From a virus (Duplodnaviria; Caudoviricetes): DNA of 31,113 nucleotides. The stretch covers positions 1 through 31,113 of the IMG/VR virus record IMGVR_UViG_3300027566_000029; one strand, given 5' to 3'. Below the pieces are notes generated by a model that had not been told where the DNA came from, did no database searches, and worked only from the letters and a program-made list of their open reading frames with translations. Shown here one piece after another: positions 17,103 through 26,743 of this stretch; positions within the stretch are counted from its first letter, which is position 1; each line of letters opens with the position of its first letter. The translations under genes were made by a program, and so were the position numbers.

Positions 17103-17137
17103 GTCCTTTACACCTATATTATAGTGCGGCATATTTG
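17103..17137 (+). promoter_or_regulatory. GTCCTT-N25-TTTG putative phage promoter (head genes)
   Basis: Same spacing as copies at 9758, 21159 and 24926; 13 nt before ATG 17151. Confidence 0.6.
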
Positions 17138-17150
17138 TAAAAAAACAGAT

Positions 17151-18053
17151 ATGCCGCATTCTTTTTTAGACTCTACGCTAAGCATGTTCCGTTTAGCGCC
17201 TTTGCTAATTTCAAAGGAGGCCCTTGCTGAATTCTTGGTGAGATTTGATTACCATATAAAATCCTCAACCCAACCTCCGGAATATTCAAAAATTGTTTCC
17301 GAGAAGATAAAAGCGCTACAGGACCAGGACGAAACAATATCCATAACTTCTGACTATACGGACAGATCCATACCTGAAAGTATAGCCGTTCATTACATTT
17401 CAGGCTTCTTATCCTATGAAAAGTGTTGGTGGTACAGCTCTACAAAACAGTTGATCGAGGATGTGGAAGCAGCGGAGACAAATGAAAAAATAATCGGACA
17501 TGCATTTCTTATCAATAGCCCGGGAGGGGAATCCTATTGTCTTGAGAAAGCGCATGAAATCATTTCTAACCTAAAAAAACCCTCCAGGACAATTTGTGAG
17601 AGGACCATGTGCAGTGCCGGACTATATCTCGGTTGTGCCAGTGACAAGGTTTATTGCCTTAACAAGTTTGACATTGTGGGATCAATAGGGACCATGATAT
17701 CATACTGGGACTTCCGGAAGGCGCTCGAGAAAATGGGTTATGTCCTGGTAGAGGCATATGCTTCATTATCCACTCACAAAAACAAGGTCTCGGATGATCT
17801 GACTGCCGGACAACCGGAAGATTTCATAAAAAGATTTCTGGATCCACTTCAGGCGGATTTCGATGCAGCAGTGAAACGCTCCAGACCTCGTGCGGCAAAG
17901 GCAGATGAGGATGCACATATTTTCAATGGAGAGATATTCTACGCTCAGGAAGCTCTGGGATTAGGGCTCATAGACGGCATAAAAGACATACAGGAAATAT
18001 TCCAGGAACTCTATGAACAAGGTAAAATACAGAATAAAATTTACTCACTTTAA
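17151..18053 (+). CDS. S49 family peptidase (prohead protease)
   Basis: INSPGG, MCSAGLYLG, VGSIGT, GEIFYAQEALGLGLIDGI. Confidence 0.88.
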   Translation: MPHSFLDSTLSMFRLAPLLISKEALAEFLVRFDYHIKSSTQPPEYSKIVSEKIKALQDQDETISITSDYTDRSIPESIAVHYISGFLSYEKCWWYSSTKQLIEDVEAAETNEKIIGHAFLINSPGGESYCLEKAHEIISNLKKPSRTICERTMCSAGLYLGCASDKVYCLNKFDIVGSIGTMISYWDFRKALEKMGYVLVEAYASLSTHKNKVSDDLTAGQPEDFIKRFLDPLQADFDAAVKRSRPRAAKADEDAHIFNGEIFYAQEALGLGLIDGIKDIQEIFQELYEQGKIQNKIYSL

Positions 18054-18064
18054 TTTTTACAAAC

Positions 18065-20068
18065 ATGTTTAAAAAGAACTTTGAAAAAATTCTCGCGACC
18101 TTAGGGTTGCTTGAAAAGGCAAAGAGCAAATCGCTCACAAAAGAGGACTGGACAAAAATTGCCAGCTCCTATAAGGAAACCACTGGCCATGACTTCTATG
18201 CTGATGCAAATGCAGACAGCGAAGATGCAGGTAAAGTCAAGGCTTACGACCATGCGCTTGAAATTTTGTTGAAAGCAAAATCAGCCAGCGAAGATGAGGA
18301 TCCGGAAGAAGATCCTGAAGAGGACCCTAAGGAGGATCCTGAGGAAGATCCTAAAGAGGACCCGGAAGAAGAACCGAAGAAAAAGTCTAAATCAAAGGCT
18401 GAAAACCTTGTGATAGGCATTGAGAAACTGGTTAACAGCAATAAAAAACTTGCCAGCCAGGTAAAAACATTGTCATCAAAAGCGGTTGTTGACACTCCGC
18501 TGGAGATCAGGACCGCCGGACCAATAGGCCTGGGAAGTTTCCATACTCCAAAATTTGCTTTCGGTATCGAGCATCCGATGTTTGAAGCTTCAAAAAGATG
18601 GAATCAAATATTGATGAAGGGAAAAAGGGTGGCCCTTGAGTCTGATCCGGACGACGATACATTTGAGAACTTCCAAAAGGAGTTCAAATCGTATGGTAAG
18701 TCTATTTGCGCACGTATGCAGGAGCTCAAATCAATCGGAGTACTGGATGCAAAATCTCTGAATACAGATGGTACGATCGATTATTCAGGTCTGGAGGAGG
18801 CTGGACTGGGAACACAATACCTGGTGAGAAGACAGGATGCCCTGATAGCCCGTATTATTGCTCTTCCGAATGTTTTTGATGTGTTTCCATTACGTTCAAA
18901 CGTTCAGGATGGTGACATAATCACAAATGCATTCTTTGGTGAATTCTCACAGGCATACCAGGAAGGAGAACTCTCAAAGGGAGGTATGGATCTTGTGCCT
19001 GAAAAGGCCAAAGTTCACGATGTGATGTTCAAAACCCTTTTCAAATCAATGAAATGGATTGAAACACAGTACATCGGTTATCTGAACACAGCAGGATCTG
19101 ACCCGGTAAAATGGCAGATGATTGAGTGGATGTTGCTTAACATTGCCACCGTTTTAAACAACGAACGCAATGTAAGGGCAGTTCTTGGCTATAGAATTGA
19201 GCCTACAGCCGGTAAATCAGGACACTTCCTGAATTCGGCAACCGGTGCAATACATCGTATGATGTCGTATATCGAGGCAAATCAGATATATCCTTTTGAT
19301 GACGATGATTATGCGTCATATACTCCAAGTACCATGATTGACGTAGTGGAAGCCTTTGCAGAGGAAGTCAACCAACTTCTTCCAAACCTTCTGAACAAGG
19401 GAATCTACCTGAATCTGAAACACAAACCGTGGTACCTACAGAGTTACAGAACCAAGTACGGTAAGGATATGGACTTCTCTGGACCTGTGATGAAGCTGAT
19501 GAATTACGACCTTCCGATCATATGGGTACCGAACATGAACAACCTTATGTTTATGTGGATCACTGAAGTAGGCAATATTCAAACGCTTGAAAATGTACCA
19601 GGCGAAATGTACAATACATACTTCGAGAGAAGGCTGGAAAGTGTATGGGGCTTCGCTACATGGAAAGAAGGATCAGCAGCTGCCTATGCAGGTAAGATAT
19701 TTGCAACATTTGCTGCCCTTGTTGCTTCCGGAAGAAAGGACCAGGTTATCTTCATCAACAAGCCGGTTACCAAGCTGGCCGCTGATGCGACCACAATCGA
19801 TGGATCCAAGAACATCTGGTACCTGACTGCTGCCAATACCGCAGATGGAGAGGGTGCTAACCTCGCCTTAACCGACATAACCAACCCTGTAGAAGGTGTT
19901 GTTTATAAGATTGAAGTGGGCTCGGCTTCTAATCCTCAGGTAATCGCAAAAGCCGGGAAGTTCTCTGAAATCACTGAAGCCTGGGAACCGACAGCAGTTG
20001 GTGAATGGATCAAGGTCATCTACGATAAGGCAACATCGAAGTTCCTTGAGGTTGCAAGATCTATCTAG
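18065..20068 (+). CDS. Putative major capsid protein with scaffold-like N-terminus and extra C-terminal domain
   Basis: 667 aa directly after protease; acidic EDP linker; assignment by synteny and architecture. Confidence 0.7.
   Translation: MFKKNFEKILATLGLLEKAKSKSLTKEDWTKIASSYKETTGHDFYADANADSEDAGKVKAYDHALEILLKAKSASEDEDPEEDPEEDPKEDPEEDPKEDPEEEPKKKSKSKAENLVIGIEKLVNSNKKLASQVKTLSSKAVVDTPLEIRTAGPIGLGSFHTPKFAFGIEHPMFEASKRWNQILMKGKRVALESDPDDDTFENFQKEFKSYGKSICARMQELKSIGVLDAKSLNTDGTIDYSGLEEAGLGTQYLVRRQDALIARIIALPNVFDVFPLRSNVQDGDIITNAFFGEFSQAYQEGELSKGGMDLVPEKAKVHDVMFKTLFKSMKWIETQYIGYLNTAGSDPVKWQMIEWMLLNIATVLNNERNVRAVLGYRIEPTAGKSGHFLNSATGAIHRMMSYIEANQIYPFDDDDYASYTPSTMIDVVEAFAEEVNQLLPNLLNKGIYLNLKHKPWYLQSYRTKYGKDMDFSGPVMKLMNYDLPIIWVPNMNNLMFMWITEVGNIQTLENVPGEMYNTYFERRLESVWGFATWKEGSAAAYAGKIFATFAALVASGRKDQVIFINKPVTKLAADATTIDGSKNIWYLTAANTADGEGANLALTDITNPVEGVVYKIEVGSASNPQVIAKAGKFSEITEAWEPTAVGEWIKVIYDKATSKFLEVARSI
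18296..18379 (+). repeat. Coding 12-nt degenerate repeat, (EDP[E/K])x6 plus EEPK
   Basis: EDPE EDPE EDPK EDPE EDPK EDPE EEPK. Confidence 0.85.
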
Positions 20069-20077
20069 TCTATTAAT

Positions 20078-20103
20078 CAAACAGGGATTAACCTCCCTGT
20101 TTG
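20078..20103 (+). terminator. Hairpin after capsid gene (weak terminator or stabiliser)
   Basis: Perfect 10-bp stem CAAACAGGGA/TCCCTGTTTG, 6-nt loop, imperfect T tract. Confidence 0.6.
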
Positions 20104-20132
20104 GTTTCATTAAAACGCTAATATTGATTAAA

Positions 20133-21104
20133 ATGAAAAAGTTTAAAGAAAAATACAATAGAAGAATGGTGGTTATCATATCATTGATAATCGCTGTCGT
20201 GGGTCTTTTTATTACTGTCACTGCCATTGACTCGGGAGCGAGCTTCCTGGAATCCATTGGCATAGTTGGATCCGGTATGACCTATTCCATCATGGCAGCA
20301 GTTGGAAACATCAATCGTGTTACCGACAAAGATACTTCCGGTGCCCAGATCGCGTCACGGTTATGGCTTATTGCCTTAGACCAGATTGATGATGCGGTGC
20401 CATTTCCAAGACCTAATGCAAACGGGGAGGTGGGAACAATACCGCTCAAGACAGGAGAGTATATGCACTATTTTGAAGCGATAGATGATTCCCTTGAAGA
20501 CAAGTCATCAGGCAGCAAAGGGGATATAACGACGGCAGTAACGAATCTATTCAGTTTTGTTATGGGTGGCTATAGGTTGGCCTTGCAGAAATTTATGGAG
20601 GAACATGCCGGAGACAGATTTGTGATCATTTACCAAATGGCAAGTGATTCACAGTATTATATTACGGGCAACAACCTTAAACCAATGGTATTCAAAACCT
20701 TTGAAAGAACCAACAACAAAGAGTCCCGGAGTGTTTCGTTCTCATTCGAAAACTCAAGTTTTGAACAGCCGAAGAAATATACTGGTGCTATTGTCAAAGA
20801 GGCACCGGCTGTCTTGGCTGCAAACGCAACCAACATAGCCTTTACGGGTGCTTCCCAATATACTACGGGTGCAAATACCGCACCTGCAACAATAGCGACG
20901 ATCAGCGGTCTTGCAGCCGCAGATGAAGGACGTGTTGTTGAGATATTGGGTTCTGGAGGAGCCAATCCTACCAATATAGAATCGATAGCGGCCATTGTCC
21001 TTAAAAACGATGAAACCTGGATAGGAAATGCAGGCAGCCGGCTGACGTTAAAAGTCCTGGATTCTGAAACCTTGGTTGAAGTGTCAAGGGTACAGACTGC
21101 ATAG
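20133..21104 (+). CDS. Virion structural protein, possibly major tail/tube
   Basis: Beta-rich core, C-terminal domain similar to that of the capsid, hydrophobic N-terminus; followed by a frameshifted gene. Confidence 0.55.
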   Translation: MKKFKEKYNRRMVVIISLIIAVVGLFITVTAIDSGASFLESIGIVGSGMTYSIMAAVGNINRVTDKDTSGAQIASRLWLIALDQIDDAVPFPRPNANGEVGTIPLKTGEYMHYFEAIDDSLEDKSSGSKGDITTAVTNLFSFVMGGYRLALQKFMEEHAGDRFVIIYQMASDSQYYITGNNLKPMVFKTFERTNNKESRSVSFSFENSSFEQPKKYTGAIVKEAPAVLAANATNIAFTGASQYTTGANTAPATIATISGLAAADEGRVVEILGSGGANPTNIESIAAIVLKNDETWIGNAGSRLTLKVLDSETLVEVSRVQTA

Positions 21105-21127
21105 CAAAAAAGTATGTGGAGAGAAAG

Positions 21128-21158
21128 AGCTGCCAATGATTCATTGGTGGCTTTTTTT
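21128..21158 (+). terminator. Intrinsic terminator
   Basis: AGCTGCCAATG/CATTGGTGGCT stem with two G-U pairs, then T7. Confidence 0.75.
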
Positions 21159-21193
21159 GTCCTTCGGATCACAGAAATACAAATATAAGTTTG
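21159..21193 (+). promoter_or_regulatory. GTCCTT-N25-TTTG putative phage promoter (packaging block)
   Basis: GTCCTT 21159-21164 and consensus TAAGTTTG 21186-21193, just after a terminator. Confidence 0.65.
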
Positions 21194-21220
21194 CATTGCA
21201 ATAACATAAAACCGAAAGCC

Positions 21221-22008
21221 ATGAATCTAACATTCAGAGAAAAATCTGCAATTGCAAAAAAGCTTGAGAACAATATGTTTTTATCTCAAGACAAGGCGTT
21301 ACTGAAGAAGTACCTACCCACCAGTGAGCTGATAATCAGATCGCCATCATCATCCCGGCCAAACATCTCTTTTGAGATTGTATTTGTGCTACTTGACTAC
21401 GTTGACCAACAAACGATTGAATCGAACCGGGGCAATATGAGTGAAGAACCTCACAATCCGGTACCTGTAACAGCAAAGTCCAAGGACCAATCAGGAAAAG
21501 ACATAAAAAAAAAGTCTCGAAAGAAGAAGAGTATCCAAACATCAATTGGACAAAACTTGAGAACCCTGAGATCAGAGATGCACACACGCTGTATTCGGAC
21601 AGGATCTATAGCCATCGCAGGATGTACGAACTTGATAAGGAGCTTGAAAAAAATCCGGAGCCACATGATATCATTGAAATGGCAGAGCTTGGCATCAGGA
21701 ACAGGCTTTGCTTTATCGAACTGGAATCATTTAACAAAACGGGTAAATTTCTATATAAACACCCTCTCATTAAGAAAGATTCGCTCAGAACGGAGTTGAT
21801 GAATATGATAAGGAGGGATCCAAAAGAATTCCTTGACGAGTACAAAAACGTATCGAATAACATAACACGATACCAGAGCTTTATGAATAAAAAAAAGGCC
21901 AAGCCGGAAGAAAAGAACAAATGGCAAAAACAGCTCGAAAAACACACAGAGAAACTAAGCCTGATGACAGAGATAACCCAACAGATGAACTATTCAAGAA
22001 ACAGCTAA
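21221..22008 (+). CDS. Hypothetical protein joined by a -1 frameshift (about 262 aa), possibly tail-chaperone-like
   Basis: In-frame A-AAA-AAG at 21508-21514; the -1 frame is open (VSKEEEYPNINW...) into ORF 21622-22008. Confidence 0.6.
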
Positions 22009-22019
22009 AATGATGCATA

Positions 22020-22331
22020 ATGGCCGACTATGACAATATCACTCTGGTGAAGGTTCGCAACTGGGCAAAACTCAAATATTCCCCATTCAGGATATCAATA
22101 TTACTTGGACTGAATAAGGAAGATCGGGAAGTGTTCCTTGTGGACATAAAAACAGATGACCACCCCTTGAGGAAGATATATGATCAGGGAGTTGCCTCAG
22201 GTGAATATGACATGGACCTAACCCTTATGAAAGCAGTTGAAGGAGGAGACATGGATGCCGAAAAAGCCTATAGGGACAGACAGAAAGAAAGAGTGATAGA
22301 GGAACTTAAAAATGAATTATTTGGGATATGA
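22020..22331 (+). CDS. Hypothetical protein (small-terminase-like)
   Basis: HTH-like ISILLGL segment, helical C-terminus, upstream of terminase. Confidence 0.55.
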   Translation: MADYDNITLVKVRNWAKLKYSPFRISILLGLNKEDREVFLVDIKTDDHPLRKIYDQGVASGEYDMDLTLMKAVEGGDMDAEKAYRDRQKERVIEELKNELFGI

Positions 22332-22960
22332 ACAAACTTGAGAAGCTTCATGAAATACAGCCGGATCTTCTTCAGAACTTCCTGAAGACACGGAAAAGCG
22401 CAGCCATATCCGAAGACCTTCAGACATATATCCTGCGCATCAATGCCGTGCCGTCCATCATGCACCATGTCGGGGCCAGCATGACCAGGGTAGTAAGAGA
22501 ATTGATAAAACAGTTTCAGGATCTCAATTTCAGTACCGCCAGGGATATCTATTATGACGCAATGAACTTCTTCCACATCGACGACAGTATAACCGTTGAT
22601 GCGTGGGATAACTACTATGCAGATAAGATGGAGGACCTGGCAAGGCTGAGCATCGCAATGAATAACATCAATGCTGCCAAAAGATGTTATGACAAAGCAC
22701 ATGAGTACCGTACAACAGCCGCCCAGAGAATTAAGCCGGCTGACTGGGATGTGCCGGTATTCATAATTACCAACAAGATAAAACACCAGGATCTTGGATA
22801 TGAAAAGAAGAGCCTCCATGATATTGTGAGAAAAGACGAGAACGGATTTTATGTCAACCTGATCAATTCACTTGAAACTACAGACAAGGAGAAGAAAAGA
22901 CTAATCAGGGAAGCGGAAATAACGGATGTAGATTACGAAGAACAGGAAAACGATGAATGA
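22328..22960 (+). CDS. Hypothetical protein, candidate terminase small subunit
   Basis: 210 aa helical protein overlapping the terL start. Confidence 0.55.
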   Translation: MNKLEKLHEIQPDLLQNFLKTRKSAAISEDLQTYILRINAVPSIMHHVGASMTRVVRELIKQFQDLNFSTARDIYYDAMNFFHIDDSITVDAWDNYYADKMEDLARLSIAMNNINAAKRCYDKAHEYRTTAAQRIKPADWDVPVFIITNKIKHQDLGYEKKSLHDIVRKDENGFYVNLINSLETTDKEKKRLIREAEITDVDYEEQENDE

Positions 22961-24659
22961 AGATATTTCACATAACTCTCTTGAAGAGCTGTATCTGAAC
23001 AACATGCAAATGCTGGTTCAAATTGTAGATTGCAATACCGTCATCGTGGAAGCCGGCAGGGCCACAGGTAAGACAGAAGGGGTGACCAGCAGGAGAACAA
23101 TAGCGGTGGCCAAGGACCTGCCTCGGGAAACATCGGTGCTTGCTCACAAAAGTTATGTAGCCCTTCTGGCAAACGTGGTGCCAAACATCCTGGCATTTTA
23201 TTCTGAGCCCCGTGGAGAGGAACAAAGACCCCTATTGAGAGAGGGAATTGATTATGTAATTGGCGAAAAAGACCTGCCAAGACATTTCCAAAAACCCAGA
23301 TATGCCCCGGAACATCCTGAGCATACGTTCTTTTTTCCCAATGGTCACAATATACGCCTGGTTGCTACCGACCAGCAGGAATCAATCGCCGGCTCAAACA
23401 TAGTGCACATTTTCATGGAGGAGATGAAGTTGAATAAAGGAGCAAAGCTTAAAAACAGGCTCATCCCGGCAATGCGTATAGGCAGATTAGCCAAGAACAG
23501 TTCGCTTACACAGGCTTCAATATATTACCAGGGAGTCACCGGTGTTTCCGATACGGCAATGGTGTCGCTTGGAGAGGACTCCTGGTTCAATGAGTACGAG
23601 GAAAACATGAATGAAGAGCTCATTGCGGAGATAGTAACCCTCTCATTGCATATAAATGAAGCACTCTATAGTATCCAGCAGGGAAAAAACGTCGAGGCGA
23701 TGCAGAAGCGGATCGACCGGTATCGGCCGATTATTAACCGTGCACGCAAAGCAGCTACCCTATACATGAGAGTAAGCGCATTCATAAACAAGGACGTGCT
23801 TGGACCGCAATACTTTGCCACACAAAGAAAACTCCTGACACCATCAGAGTTTCTGTCATCCATATGTTCCATACGCGAAAGGAAGACGGATAACATGTTT
23901 GTTGCAAACTTCGATGAGAATATGCATACATATGATGACTCATATAAGTATGAGTCAGTTATGAAATTCAATTTAAAAGAGAGCTTCAAAATTACTTCAG
24001 AATACCTGAAGCATTACAATCCCGATGACAAGCTTGAACTCGGATTTGACCCGGGATCATTTGCCTCTTTTGTTGTTGCACAGGAAAAAAGAAAGGTGAA
24101 TGAATACAGGATCATCAAAGAGCATTACGTGTATTCTCCTAAAGACCTTCCGGATCTTGCACGGGAATTCAATAGCTTCTTCTCAAACAGAAGGAACAGA
24201 AACATTGATCTGTATTACGACCGGGCAGGAAATCAACGCAAACCGCTTAAGAGACAACAGGAAACTGATGCGAAAGAATTGAAATTCGAACTTGAAAAAT
24301 ACGGCTGGAGGGTCCGGTTAATGAGCCTGAATCAAAGAACGATATTCCATTGGGAACTATATAAGCTATTGCTGAAGCTTTTCTCTACAGGAGAAAGAGG
24401 TGTGCCAAAAATCATGATAGACTCTAATGAATGCCCAAACCTTGTCTCTTCGATTTTTGCCTCTCCGCTAAAAAAAGGATCCAACCCGATAGAGTTGGAT
24501 AAGTCAAGTGAAACACGACTCCCATTAAACCTTCAAGCCGGACTATCGACACAAATACCAAGCGGCATGTTCTATTTGCTTTGGGGAAAATTTGAAAGAT
24601 GGATGGGTTCTGGTCCAGCGGGAAATAATATGCAGCTACCAGGCAATATGACCGCGTGA
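22953..24659 (+). CDS. terL: Terminase large subunit
   Basis: Walker A AGRATGKT, Walker B-like VHIFMEE, nuclease LGFDPG and LYYDRAG. Confidence 0.85.
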   Translation: MNEDISHNSLEELYLNNMQMLVQIVDCNTVIVEAGRATGKTEGVTSRRTIAVAKDLPRETSVLAHKSYVALLANVVPNILAFYSEPRGEEQRPLLREGIDYVIGEKDLPRHFQKPRYAPEHPEHTFFFPNGHNIRLVATDQQESIAGSNIVHIFMEEMKLNKGAKLKNRLIPAMRIGRLAKNSSLTQASIYYQGVTGVSDTAMVSLGEDSWFNEYEENMNEELIAEIVTLSLHINEALYSIQQGKNVEAMQKRIDRYRPIINRARKAATLYMRVSAFINKDVLGPQYFATQRKLLTPSEFLSSICSIRERKTDNMFVANFDENMHTYDDSYKYESVMKFNLKESFKITSEYLKHYNPDDKLELGFDPGSFASFVVAQEKRKVNEYRIIKEHYVYSPKDLPDLAREFNSFFSNRRNRNIDLYYDRAGNQRKPLKRQQETDAKELKFELEKYGWRVRLMSLNQRTIFHWELYKLLLKLFSTGERGVPKIMIDSNECPNLVSSIFASPLKKGSNPIELDKSSETRLPLNLQAGLSTQIPSGMFYLLWGKFERWMGSGPAGNNMQLPGNMTA

Positions 24660-24925
24660 AAAATATAAAACAAGGGGGTATAGACATAAAAAGAAGAAAC
24701 AAAAAACTGAGAAACAAGAGTCTAGCCAAAAAGGGAGAAAAAAGAAAAACAAGGCGCGACACTTAACTGGTAGTCCCGCTGATTATAGGGTAAGACATGC
24801 AGGTGCAAAAAAAGACGGGAAATATGACAGAGAGGAAGTTAGCAGGGTGTTTTGCTTTCCGTTGCTTATAGCCACTCTTGTTAGGTTTGAGTTAAATTAA
24901 ACATCATCTGCATATGCATTGCAAT

Positions 24926-24960
24926 GTCCTTTAAAGATGGTTTAACGGTATAGATATTTG
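24926..24960 (+). promoter_or_regulatory. GTCCTT-N25-TTTG putative phage promoter (portal/neck/tail block)
   Basis: GTCCTT 24926-24931, GATATTTG 24953-24960. Confidence 0.6.
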
Positions 24961-24963
24961 AAT

Positions 24964-25278
24964 ATGGAAACGATAAGTGGATATAAGGCTCTGAAAGCAC
25001 TGGCGGATATTACCAGGGCAGGAGAGACTTTTACTATTGCATTCTTTAAGTACTCAAGGGTGAAGAGAGAGGCATCTCCAAAATTGAGGACCATTTCAGG
25101 ATGCTGGTGCAGGTCACAGATGCCCCATGAAAAATGGGATATTGATGGTGACAACTACTTCTTGTTCGAATGTGCCGAAGGTCCTAAGGCGTGCTATAAA
25201 TATTTGATACGATACATAGGATTCCCAGGTGACAACTACACACTAAAGAAAGTAAAATGGTTTGGCAATGAAGAATAA
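24964..25278 (+). CDS. Hypothetical phage protein
   Basis: 104 aa preceding the portal-like gene. Confidence 0.65.
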   Translation: METISGYKALKALADITRAGETFTIAFFKYSRVKREASPKLRTISGCWCRSQMPHEKWDIDGDNYFLFECAEGPKACYKYLIRYIGFPGDNYTLKKVKWFGNEE

Positions 25279-26743
25279 ATGTAAACTTAACAGCCTTGGA
25301 TATATTAAAGCAGGGCCTGATGTATTCACCTATCAGCTGGGTGAAACCTTACAGGAAGCAAATCAGATCTTTTCTGATTCAGCTGCAAATAACAGGAATA
25401 TAATATCATTGGTGAGGGTAGACAAATACAAGGTATATCCTGCCGGGGCGAACAACCTGGAACCAAATGAGCAAAAAGAGATGATATCTCTTAACCGCCT
25501 GTTACCTGAACTGATAGAGAAACAGATTCGGATGCTCTATGGTACAGGACCAGCTCTGTATATAACCAAACGCCAGGGCAAGGACGTGTGGAAAGAGTAT
25601 GTTGAACATGATGAGATACAGCAATGGCTGGACTCATGGCTGGAGAATGGAATGGCAGATGATTACAAAACATATTTTAACAAGTGTATAAGGTCGTTCT
25701 ACTACGATGAGGGTATCTTCTCTAAGTGGCGCCTGGCAGAAGGGATAAGAATAGGTATAAAAAGAGTGGCAGGGCTTGAATGTATATCCACCTTAAGGAC
25801 CAGGCTTGCCACAACAGTTGAAACGGCTAACAGGACAGACTTCGAAGACAACGAGTTTAAACACGTCATTGTTGGAAACTGGATGCAGGCAGGTAAGGAA
25901 TATAAGGTATACAACCGGTTCGACTACACAAATCCATTCAAATATACTTCTGCCATCAGTTATTCTAAAAACCCCACCCATGGTGAAGAGATCTATGCCT
26001 ATAACGTTTTTTTCCGAGGAGTCAAGGCATGGGTGATAGGCTCTAACAGGACACCTGAATACATCAATAATTATCTAGAGAACGCAATATCTGCAAGGCT
26101 TCATATAGTAATCCCGATGGCATGGTACAACTCTAAGAAAACAATGCTTCAGGATATGTGCACAACAAATGCAGATAGGGCGACCGCACAACAGGAGCTT
26201 CTGACAATAAAATTCTCGGAAAATGACATAATGGAGATCGGTACAGAGTATCATGATGGACTTATAGCCGAATTCACATCACGGGAACTGAGGAAATTGG
26301 CAAATTATCTATCCGGAGCAGGTAAGAACCAGGGCAAGCTTTATGCCTCATACAGCTTTATGAACTCAGATGGCCATGAAGAGCGCTGGAAAATCGAGGA
26401 TATACCAAACAAGTCGAAAGACTACATAGAAGCCTTAACCACCTATGACAAGAGAGCAGACGAGGTGATCACATCAGCAAAGGGAGTGGACAGCTCCATA
26501 TCAAACATCTCAAAGGATGGTATAATTTCAAAAAGCGGATCTGATGCACAATATAACTACATGATTTATCTGAATGGTCTTACCATTCCCGAGGATGTTG
26601 TCTGCCGGGATATAAATTTTGCAATTAAACAAAACTTCCCGGAGGCGTACAACCAAGGGATAAGACTTGGATTCTACCGGTCCGCAATAGAAAAACAACA
26701 GGAAATATCAGAAAGTAACCGACTAAAAAACAATCAATCATAA
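25268..26743 (+). CDS. Putative portal protein
   Basis: About 490 aa after terL; YPAGANNLEP, LYGTGP, SGAGKNQGK, SKSGSD; assigned by size and synteny. Confidence 0.7.
   Translation: MKNKCKLNSLGYIKAGPDVFTYQLGETLQEANQIFSDSAANNRNIISLVRVDKYKVYPAGANNLEPNEQKEMISLNRLLPELIEKQIRMLYGTGPALYITKRQGKDVWKEYVEHDEIQQWLDSWLENGMADDYKTYFNKCIRSFYYDEGIFSKWRLAEGIRIGIKRVAGLECISTLRTRLATTVETANRTDFEDNEFKHVIVGNWMQAGKEYKVYNRFDYTNPFKYTSAISYSKNPTHGEEIYAYNVFFRGVKAWVIGSNRTPEYINNYLENAISARLHIVIPMAWYNSKKTMLQDMCTTNADRATAQQELLTIKFSENDIMEIGTEYHDGLIAEFTSRELRKLANYLSGAGKNQGKLYASYSFMNSDGHEERWKIEDIPNKSKDYIEALTTYDKRADEVITSAKGVDSSISNISKDGIISKSGSDAQYNYMIYLNGLTIPEDVVCRDINFAIKQNFPEAYNQGIRLGFYRSAIEKQQEISESNRLKNNQS

Noticed and set aside
19998-20132. 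Upstream extension of ORF 19998-21104
   Set aside because: Overlaps the capsid end and a hairpin; ATG 20133 has an A-rich leader
20997-21031. Fifth GTCCTT occurrence
   Set aside because: Inside a CDS and lacks TTTG at the conserved spacing
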